Positions 56,571 through 64,000 of a stretch of 64,000 nucleotides of DNA are shown here, piece after piece. Within the stretch, counting starts at the first letter, position 1. Each line of letters begins with the position of its first letter. The stretch is from a virus (taxonomy: Duplodnaviria; Caudoviricetes). Where the stretch lies: the IMG/VR virus record IMGVR_UViG_3300028591_000109, positions 1 to 64,000 of that record; one strand, given 5' to 3'. Under the pieces are notes generated by a model that saw only the letters and a list, made by a program, of their open reading frames with translations, was not told the origin of the DNA and did not search any database. A program made the translations under genes and the position numbers.

Positions 56571-57048
56571 ACACCAAGACCTCCAGCCCTGGCTCGATTA
56601 TTTCAAGATGTTGCAGCAGTACGAGGCCAAGGGCTTCCTACAAATGAACCCCAAGGAGCATGAGGCATACATCACCCGCGCCGCGCTGCTGACGCTAAAC
56701 CCCACCCCGGCCCTCCCCGAAGGAGAGGGGGATTCCGCTAACGGCAAAGCTCTTCACGACACTGTGACCCGCCTCCGTGCCTACGCCGCCTACCGCTGGG
56801 CCCCTACCGTCGGCCAGCAGCATCCCGTCGACATAAACGACCCCGATGCTGAGATACCCGTCATTCCCATCGAGGAACTGACCGCCTACTTCTCGCAGCC
56901 CTTCGCCATCCACATCGTCAAGGAAGACTACCCCCACGACCTGCTGCTCACGCTGCTGCTCCAGCAGAAGCGCTCATGGCGCACGGCATGGCGCACCGTT
57001 GACACCATCGAAGTTATCGACTACACAGAAATTGAAAAACAGACATGA
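56557..57048 (+). CDS. Hypothetical protein
   Basis: Co-oriented ORF containing a REP-derived PTPALPEGEG. Confidence 0.65.
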   Translation: MSKNKHQDLQPWLDYFKMLQQYEAKGFLQMNPKEHEAYITRAALLTLNPTPALPEGEGDSANGKALHDTVTRLRAYAAYRWAPTVGQQHPVDINDPDAEIPVIPIEELTAYFSQPFAIHIVKEDYPHDLLLTLLLQQKRSWRTAWRTVDTIEVIDYTEIEKQT

Positions 57049-57857
57049 CAGCCGAACAAGAGAACTTACTACGCAGACATTACGCCGACACGCGGACAGA
57101 CCTGTTGGCAGAAGAACTGGGCGTGAGCTACCGTACCGTGTGCCGGTGGGCAGCCAGCCTTGGACTGAAGAAGCATGAGGACTTCCGGCAGGGCTTCAGT
57201 GCCATCAACGGCAGCATGGAGCGCAACTGGAGCCACCGCCCGAAAGGCGCAGGCGCAAAACTCTCGGCAGAGGTGACGGAATACCTGCGCCGACACTATG
57301 CCACGACCGACAACCGCGTGCTGGCCGCCCACTTCCAGGTGAACGACCGTACCATCCGCCGCTGGGCCGACAGGCTCGCGCTGCGCAAGGACAACGACTG
57401 GATAAATATGCACCGTGCAGTCAGACACGGCATGACGCCCGAACAGCGGTTCCAGCTGGTAGCCACCGTCCGCGAACTCTACCCAGACGGCTTGCACGAC
57501 GAGGAGCTTGTAAGGCGTACAGGCTATAGTTTCAGTTCTATTCAGGTGATTGCGGGAAAATATGGCATCCGCCGCTCAGAAGAGTGCATCCGTCGCCATC
57601 AGCAGAAAATAGGTGAAATCAGTAAACGACTGGCCGCTGAAGGAAAACTGAAACACGAAAAGACCCGCCAGCTGGAAGCCGTGGTGCAACGCGAGTATGC
57701 CACCGCCGATAACGATGAACTGGCACGTCGGCTTGGCATCAGCATCGGGTATGTAAAACAGATGGCCGGCCGGCTCGGACTGAAGAAAACCCGCGAGTAT
57801 CGCAGCGAACAGTTACGAAGACCAAGGAAAAATCGTAAATCACAAAAGAACAAATGA
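57045..57857 (+). CDS. Tandem-HTH DNA-binding protein (4 repeats)
   Basis: L.RHY..T....LA..LG.S...V...A..LGL.K repeated. Confidence 0.75.
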   Translation: MTAEQENLLRRHYADTRTDLLAEELGVSYRTVCRWAASLGLKKHEDFRQGFSAINGSMERNWSHRPKGAGAKLSAEVTEYLRRHYATTDNRVLAAHFQVNDRTIRRWADRLALRKDNDWINMHRAVRHGMTPEQRFQLVATVRELYPDGLHDEELVRRTGYSFSSIQVIAGKYGIRRSEECIRRHQQKIGEISKRLAAEGKLKHEKTRQLEAVVQREYATADNDELARRLGISIGYVKQMAGRLGLKKTREYRSEQLRRPRKNRKSQKNK

Positions 57858-58330
57858 CCAAACCTAAATTCATTTACGGCGATCGCATCCGCCGAAAGGC
57901 GGGCGGGCCGATAGAGACCGTCCACGACATCAGCGCGACGGCCTACTACTTCGAGGGCGGGGGCTTCTGCCTGCGCGAGGACGAGGACTGCTACCGCTTA
58001 GAGGAAGCGGCTACGGGCTTCTTCCGCGTGGCAGACACCATCGACGGCATCAACCTGCACGACCACTCCAGCCACGGCTACGAAGACATGGCCGACTACC
58101 GCCGCGCCTTGCAGCAGCTCGTCGAGCGGTGGGGCGGGCGCACGGGCCAGTACGTCGGCTCGCGCCACCAGTTCCTGCGCCTGAAGTTTGCCGACCTCTA
58201 CCAGTGCGTCAGCGAGGAAGCATGGCTGCCGCTGTATCTCCTGAAGGCCGCTCCCATCCCCGAGCGCTTCCTCCAGCCGCCCCCCGACCCGTTCATCGAA
58301 GAACTCGACCGGGCCATGTGGGGAGAGTGA
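57854..58330 (+). CDS. Hypothetical protein
   Basis: ATGA overlap. Confidence 0.7.
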   Translation: MTKPKFIYGDRIRRKAGGPIETVHDISATAYYFEGGGFCLREDEDCYRLEEAATGFFRVADTIDGINLHDHSSHGYEDMADYRRALQQLVERWGGRTGQYVGSRHQFLRLKFADLYQCVSEEAWLPLYLLKAAPIPERFLQPPPDPFIEELDRAMWGE

Positions 58331-58447
58331 TGGCTGATGGAAGATGGAAGATGGAAGATGTGTGCGTCGGGGTCAGCCCTCATCCCTCAGCCCTCAGCCA
58401 TCCCTACTGCCCTTGAACTTCGTCGCCCAGCGACATATCTTGCCGGC

Positions 58448-59077
58448 ATGACACTGAAAGAGAAAATACAGAAATACTTCCGACGCAAGGCTGCCACCCA
58501 GACCCCTCGGCAGGAGGGGCAGGGGGTGGAGCCTGTTCCCCTCCGCATCGAGGGCGTGAAGCCAGCACCGCTCACACCCGAGCCCGACGACGCGGAGCTG
58601 GCGGCGCAGGCGCTGCTGGAGACGATGTGCGATGTAAGAAGTAAGAAGGAAGATGTAAGAGACGCTGCCGCCGACGCACATCAGCCATCATCCATCAGCC
58701 ATCAGCCATCGAAAAGCCATCAGCCATCAGTACGCGACGCTGCCTACTACCGGCGTCTGGCTGAGCGTATTCGTCTTGCACGGGACCAGGCGACATTGCG
58801 CACGATGCGCTTCGTAACATGGTGCGAGCAGGAGCTTGAGAAGCGTGACCTGCCCATAGAAGGCAAGGGCTCTCTGGCACAGATGGAAGCAGAACTCTAC
58901 AAGCGCATCGACACCATCGAGCGCGTAGGCGGCGAGCTAAAACACCGCTGGCAGCATTGCCTCGCAACCGTCATCGTCCGCCGCATGGAGGAAGAGAGGG
59001 AGGCGACGGAAGATGGAAGACGGAAGATGGAAGACGGAAGCGGCGAGGGCGGCGACCCGTCCGACCCCAATGAGTGA
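58448..59077 (+). CDS. Hypothetical protein ending DPNE, with heptamer-repeat-derived segments
   Basis: Start at MTLKEK, 7 bp after the GCCCTTG-N20-TATCTT promoter. Confidence 0.65.
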   Translation: MTLKEKIQKYFRRKAATQTPRQEGQGVEPVPLRIEGVKPAPLTPEPDDAELAAQALLETMCDVRSKKEDVRDAAADAHQPSSISHQPSKSHQPSVRDAAYYRRLAERIRLARDQATLRTMRFVTWCEQELEKRDLPIEGKGSLAQMEAELYKRIDTIERVGGELKHRWQHCLATVIVRRMEEEREATEDGRRKMEDGSGEGGDPSDPNE

Positions 59078-59178
59078 AGCAGCGAGAGCAGTGCCATGCT
59101 CGCATGAGCACTGCCGAGTCGCGACCACTCTTCGACCGTAAGGTCAATGAGTAACATCGTAGGGTATTCTCTGAAAAT

Positions 59179-59230
59179 AAAAGCCCGTCATCCGGCATCA
59201 GCATCCGGACGGCGGGCTTTCTTTGTTTTT
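59179..59230 (+). terminator. Intrinsic terminator
   Basis: AAAGCCCGTC...GGCGGGCTTT stem followed by a T-rich run. Confidence 0.65.
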
Positions 59231-59331
59231 CCATCACCCATCATCCATCTTCCATCTTCCATCAGCCATCATCCCCTCTCGCCCTTGATTTTGACGACAC
59301 ATAGCCCTATCTTCCCCACAAAAAAACGACT

Positions 59332-59871
59332 ATGGCAGACAACAGACCAACGGCCCTGCAGCACGACCCATACGGCGAGAACATCGAACTGATGAAGTTC
59401 GACTGGCGCGACGAGCGCGTGATGAAGTGGATAGCCAAGTTCACGGAGTTCGGCGAACTCGACTCCAAGGGCAACATCCAGCGGCAGCGGGCCATACAGT
59501 CGGGCGCACTGCTGCGCTCCGTCAAGTGGCGCACGTGGAACGACTGCGGCGGCAACCGCCAGGTGTTCGAGGCCAAGTATCTCTACTACTCCAAGTTCGT
59601 CGAGCTGGCCCTCGGGCGCAGCATGCCGTTCATCGGCCTGCCTCCCGCCATCGCCGGGCGCAAGTGGCAGCCCATCCGCATGCCCGACGGTCGCCCGCGC
59701 CGTGCCAAGCCCTCGATACCCACCGAGATGCGCAAGCAGGCATCGAAGTTCATCACCATGCTCGAAGACCGCTACTCCTACCACGGACTGGCCCTCATGG
59801 TCTATGCCCTCGGGCCCTCGGTGCAGAACCGCAGGCTCATACAGCGCCTGCTCGACGAGGGCCGCGCCTGA
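59332..59871 (+). CDS. Putative neck/tail-completion protein
   Basis: SGALLRSV...Y..FVE...GR; immediately upstream of the tape measure gene; called partly by position. Confidence 0.55.
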   Translation: MADNRPTALQHDPYGENIELMKFDWRDERVMKWIAKFTEFGELDSKGNIQRQRAIQSGALLRSVKWRTWNDCGGNRQVFEAKYLYYSKFVELALGRSMPFIGLPPAIAGRKWQPIRMPDGRPRRAKPSIPTEMRKQASKFITMLEDRYSYHGLALMVYALGPSVQNRRLIQRLLDEGRA

Positions 59872-59925
59872 GCCCGCCATCATCCCCACAACACAACAAA
59901 CAACACATAGACACAGCATACCACT

Positions 59926-62900
59926 ATGAGCAGACGAAATCAAGACTTAGTGTCAAGAGTAAAATTCGAGGTAGACTCCCGTATGGCCAGCGCCTCGATG
60001 AAGGCCCTGCAGAAAGAGTCGGCAGACCTGAACGAGCGTATCAACGAAGTGAACGCCAGCATCAAGGCCCTCGGCGACGTGCCCGACGACAACCCCACAC
60101 TGCAGGCATACCGCAAGCAGCTGCGCGGACTGGAGAGCGACCTGAAGGACGTGAACACCACGATGAAGGACTACACCCGTGGCGTGAAGGCAGCAGGCGA
60201 ACTCTACCGCCACTACGCCATGGGCAACATCGAGGACATGAGCATCAAGGCCATACGCGCCGGCGTGAACGGCATGAAGAAACGGCTCGACAACCTGAAG
60301 GCGGGCGGCGACCCGGGCGACGCTGAGGAGATGCGACTGATAGAGGCCATCACCACCGAGGCCGACGTGGTGGTGAAGCGCTTCAAGACCGACTACCAGA
60401 ACGTGGTGGAGGAGATAGCCCGGGGCGGCACCGTCACCGAGCAGACCCTGAAGCGCACACGCGACGGGCTGGCCGACCTGATGCAGACCGCCGAGACCGA
60501 GGCCGAGAAGAACGAGCTGACCAACTACTGGCAGAAGGTGGGGGCAGCTATCGAGGCCGTAGCCGTGGAGAACCGCCGTCTGCGCGGCGAGGTGGCCGAC
60601 CGCGAGGAAGCCATGCGCATAGCCTACGCCACCGACCACGACGGCAGTCAGCAGGCCATACACGATGCCGAGGCACGCGCCGATGCCGCCCGCCGCGAGA
60701 ACGACGAGCTGCGCCAGCGGCTCGACCTGAAGCAGCAGCAGCGCCGCGAGCTGGAGCAGAAGATGGAAAACAATAGCATCCAGCAGCAGACGCTCACGGA
60801 CCGGCGCGACGAACTGAAGGCACAGGAGAAGGAGGACCGCGCCATACGCAAGCAGCGCGTGGACGATGCCAACAAGGAGCTGAACGCCGCCCGCCGTGCC
60901 GCAAAGACCCAGCAGCAAGCCTACGACGAGCAGAAGCAGACCGTGGAGAAACTGCGCACCGAAGTGCAGGGGCTGACCGACGACATCAGGAAGATGGGGG
61001 AGGTGAAGGCGGAGCCGAAGATTGACACGAGTAAATTGGAACGTCAGTTGGAGGTAGCCAAGCGCGACCTCGCTGAGATAGCCGAGGACGAGCGCAAGGC
61101 CAATGAGGCATTGAAGCAGTTCGGCATTACCACAGCCGACATCACCGACGATGCCAAGTTGCAGGCCGCCGCCGAGAAAGCCCTGAAAGAGGAAGAGGAA
61201 TCGCGGCTCGAACTGGCCAAGCAGATGCTGCAGGTACGCAAGCAGATAGGCCAGGAGGAACTGAAAGACTCACGCATCGTAGGCTCAAAGGACACGCAGG
61301 CTTTCTATGCCAAGAACAAGGGCGTGCTCGACGATGAATATTGGAAAAGCGAGGCGGGCGGCGGCAGCATCAGTCGCATGTATAAATACCTGAACGACAT
61401 CAGCGACGACCCCGAAGCCAAGGCTGAGTTCAAGGAGCAGGTGGGTATGACCGTGAAGGATGCCATGCGAGTGGCCGGCCAGCGGATGCGCGAGGTGGTG
61501 CAGGAGGCCATGAAGCGCGGCATCAAGATTGACGATGCGCTCAGCGACTTCGCCGACGGCTACGGTCACGGCCCTGCCACGAAGATTGAAGAGTTCATGC
61601 GCGAGTTCAACGAGACCGTTGGCGATAAGGAAGACGAACTAATAAAGAAGCGTCGTGAAAAGCTCGATGCCATTGCCGATGTCGTCTATGATCCAGGCGA
61701 GGAAATGGCATCACGCGACGAACGTCTGCGTCTGGCCAAGGAATCGCTGAAAGGCGTGGGCGAAGGCTACTACGGCAACGGCAAGCCCCTCTCCGAATCA
61801 TATAAGGAACAACAGGCAGAGGTGACCCGTCTGGAGAGTGAGATGAAGAAACTCAGCGAGACGAGTCAGCAGTCTGCCCAATCCTCCGAGCAGCTGGCAC
61901 AGAAGCAGGAACAGCTCTCGCAGAAGACCGCCGAGCTGAACCAGCAGCAAGACAAGCTGAACGGAATGGTGGACGAGACCGTGACCGCCAACCAGCGCTT
62001 AGCCAAAGCCGAACAGGAACAGACCGACGCCCGCAACGCACAGGCCGAAGCCAAGGAACACGAGGGCGAGGCCGTCAAGAAAGTGGAAGACGAACTGCGC
62101 GGACTCACCGACGAGCAGCTGAAGAACGCCCAGGCATACAGCCACCTCACCGAGGAAATCAACACCGACACCGCCGCCATGCAGCGCAACATCACCACCG
62201 AGCAGGAAGCCACCCGCGAGGCCGACCGACTGCGCTCCGGCAGCATCGACAAGATGGAGCAGGCACTGGCTCGCCTCCGTGAGTCGAACCGCAAGCTCGA
62301 CCCCACCATCGACAAGGAAGAGTGGGAACGCGGCGAACGCGCCATCGGCCAGCTCAACCTCCGCCTCGAAGAACTGAAGAAGCAGTCGGCAGAACTACGC
62401 CGCGAGCCCGTGCTCGACATGATGACCCAGCGCATGCAGTCGCTCGGCACCCTCTCCAGCGACACCCTCACCGAGACCAAGAAATTCTGGGAAACGATGG
62501 TAGCCGGCGCACAGAAAGGCTCGACGGAGCTGGCCGACTACGAGCAGCACCTGAAGAGCATCGCCCTGGAGGAGCAGGCCCGCGTCCGCGAACAGGGACG
62601 TGAAGCCTTCGCCTTCTTCCAGCGCGAGGACTACCGCCGCACTAACGCCGCCGACACCGAGGAGCAGCGCAAGGCGCTCGTTGCCTACCGCGATGCGCTG
62701 CCAGCCGACGCCATCGACCACATAGAGGCCATCAACGCCCTGCTGGAGAAGCATGCGCAGTTTGTCAAGGAGGCTGCGGGCGAGTGGATGTCGCTCGAAA
62801 AGGCTATGGAACTGGCATCGAAGGCGGGCACCGACCAGTTTGCCGGTTCGGCAAAAGACATACAGCTCGCCACGCAGTCGCTGGAGCGGCAGCGCGACAC

Positions 62901-64000
62901 CATCATTGCCACCATCCGCGAGAAGCGCAACCTGGGGCAGGCCACCAAGGCCGAGGAAGACCAGCTGGCCGACCTGACGAAGAAGCTGCGCTCGCTGAAG
63001 TTTGAGCAGGATAACGTGAACATGTCGCAGGAGAAGATGCGGACGCTGATAGAGACACCTGCCAACGCCGTGAACCTCGACGAGCTGCGCGCCGCCATCA
63101 AGCGTGCCGACGGACAGCTGCGCCAGATGGAGCAGTCGCTCGGCCAGAACAGCTCGGAATATAAGCGTTTCGCCGAGCAGGTGCGCAACGCCAAGAACGT
63201 GATGAAGGAGATGGAGGGCCAGGCCAAGGCCAGCGCCACCGCCTGGGAGAAAGCCTTCAACCGCCTGAAGACCTACGTCGTGATGTATATGGGCTTTAAT
63301 GAGGTTTGGCAGAAGGTGAGCAATACCGCCCGCGACCTCATGGACCTCTCCGACCGCATGGGTGAGGTGCGCAAGACCACGGGCTTCACCGCCGACGAGG
63401 TGGGACGGCTTAGCGACAATCTGACAAAGCTCGACACGCGCACAAATTTGACGGGACTGATGGAGTTCAGTTCGCTGGCAGGTAGTGTCGGTTTGAAGAC
63501 ACAGGAAGCCGTGCAGGGATTCACCGAGGCTGCCAACATGCTTTCGGTGTCGCTGCCCGAACTGGGAAAAGAGGCAAGCCGCACGCTGATGAAGATCGCC
63601 GACGCGACGGGCGACCTGGAGAAGAACGGCAATAACGTCCGCGAGACGCTGGAGCGCGTGGGTTCTACGGTCATCGCCCTGCGTGCCAACTCGGCTGCTG
63701 CCGCCGGACCTATCACCGACTTTGTGAGCCGCGTCGGTGCGGTAGGTGCTCAGGCGGGCATCTCGATTGACCAGATAGCCGCATTGGGTGCTACGGTCGA
63801 TGCACTGGGTGGTCGCGTGGAGATGTCGGCCACGGCTCTGTCGCGAATGATACCGGCTATCAGAAATAATACGTTTGAGGTGGCGCAAGCCATCGGCATG
63901 ACCGAGAAGCAACTGAAACAGATGTCGGGTATCGACCAGATGGTGGCCGTGTTCAAGGCGCTGCACGACTCGGTGAAGAACTTCGACATGACCACCGAGG
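59926..64000 (+). CDS. Tail tape measure protein (partial, >1350 aa, runs off the right edge)
   Basis: Open from ATG 59926 to the edge; long coiled coil; TMP motif LSDRMGEVRKTTGFTADEV..L...L..LDTRT at ~63345. Confidence 0.85.
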   Translation, partial: MSRRNQDLVSRVKFEVDSRMASASMKALQKESADLNERINEVNASIKALGDVPDDNPTLQAYRKQLRGLESDLKDVNTTMKDYTRGVKAAGELYRHYAMGNIEDMSIKAIRAGVNGMKKRLDNLKAGGDPGDAEEMRLIEAITTEADVVVKRFKTDYQNVVEEIARGGTVTEQTLKRTRDGLADLMQTAETEAEKNELTNYWQKVGAAIEAVAVENRRLRGEVADREEAMRIAYATDHDGSQQAIHDAEARADAARRENDELRQRLDLKQQQRRELEQKMENNSIQQQTLTDRRDELKAQEKEDRAIRKQRVDDANKELNAARRAAKTQQQAYDEQKQTVEKLRTEVQGLTDDIRKMGEVKAEPKIDTSKLERQLEVAKRDLAEIAEDERKANEALKQFGITTADITDDAKLQAAAEKALKEEEESRLELAKQMLQVRKQIGQEELKDSRIVGSKDTQAFYAKNKGVLDDEYWKSEAGGGSISRMYKYLNDISDDPEAKAEFKEQVGMTVKDAMRVAGQRMREVVQEAMKRGIKIDDALSDFADGYGHGPATKIEEFMREFNETVGDKEDELIKKRREKLDAIADVVYDPGEEMASRDERLRLAKESLKGVGEGYYGNGKPLSESYKEQQAEVTRLESEMKKLSETSQQSAQSSEQLAQKQEQLSQKTAELNQQQDKLNGMVDETVTANQRLAKAEQEQTDARNAQAEAKEHEGEAVKKVEDELRGLTDEQLKNAQAYSHLTEEINTDTAAMQRNITTEQEATREADRLRSGSIDKMEQALARLRESNRKLDPTIDKEEWERGERAIGQLNLRLEELKKQSAELRREPVLDMMTQRMQSLGTLSSDTLTETKKFWETMVAGAQKGSTELADYEQHLKSIALEEQARVREQGREAFAFFQREDYRRTNAADTEEQRKALVAYRDALPADAIDHIEAINALLEKHAQFVKEAAGEWMSLEKAMELASKAGTDQFAGSAKDIQLATQSLERQRDTIIATIREKRNLGQATKAEEDQLADLTKKLRSLKFEQDNVNMSQEKMRTLIETPANAVNLDELRAAIKRADGQLRQMEQSLGQNSSEYKRFAEQVRNAKNVMKEMEGQAKASATAWEKAFNRLKTYVVMYMGFNEVWQKVSNTARDLMDLSDRMGEVRKTTGFTADEVGRLSDNLTKLDTRTNLTGLMEFSSLAGSVGLKTQEAVQGFTEAANMLSVSLPELGKEASRTLMKIADATGDLEKNGNNVRETLERVGSTVIALRANSAAAAGPITDFVSRVGAVGAQAGISIDQIAALGATVDALGGRVEMSATALSRMIPAIRNNTFEVAQAIGMTEKQLKQMSGIDQMVAVFKALHDSVKNFDMTTE

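Overview
The whole window looks like one large tailed-phage genome from a Bacteroidota host, probably Prevotella-like. This rests on TTTG-N~20-TAnnTTTG promoters and Bacteroidota-type HU and DUF3127/DUF4494-like genes; no host housekeeping gene is visible. Layout: (1) 1-1.3 kb, low-complexity G/T-rich repeat tract. (2) 1.5-6 kb, leftward regulators and HU-like genes, a spanin-like lipoprotein and tRNA-fMet. (3) 7.6-13.1 kb, a plasmid-type replicon (ParA, small partner, heptad centromere-like array, Rep_3-type initiator with iterons, DnaA-N/AAA+ loader), which suggests a phage-plasmid. (4) 13.4-24.3 kb, tRNA-Gln, a phage tmRNA, a Mom-like gene broken at a G9 tract, an amidase endolysin, terminase and portal. 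(5) 24.5-59 kb, two divergent arrays of about 70 small accessory genes starting from back-to-back promoters at 27.55-27.66 kb, including three DNA methyltransferases, two radical SAM proteins, a DUF2829/Tad2-like protein and an HNH endonuclease. (6) 59.3-64 kb, a neck/tail gene and the start of a very long tape-measure gene. Most notable observations: twin structured leader RNAs whose loops covary with their own 5' ends (a c4/CI-like RNA switch with two specificities); a conserved GCCCTTG-N20-TAnnTT promoter class in 8 copies; a C5 methyltransferase apparently split across two fully overlapping frames; and standardised gene junctions with a visible recombinant gene. All calls come from reading motifs by eye; no searches were run.
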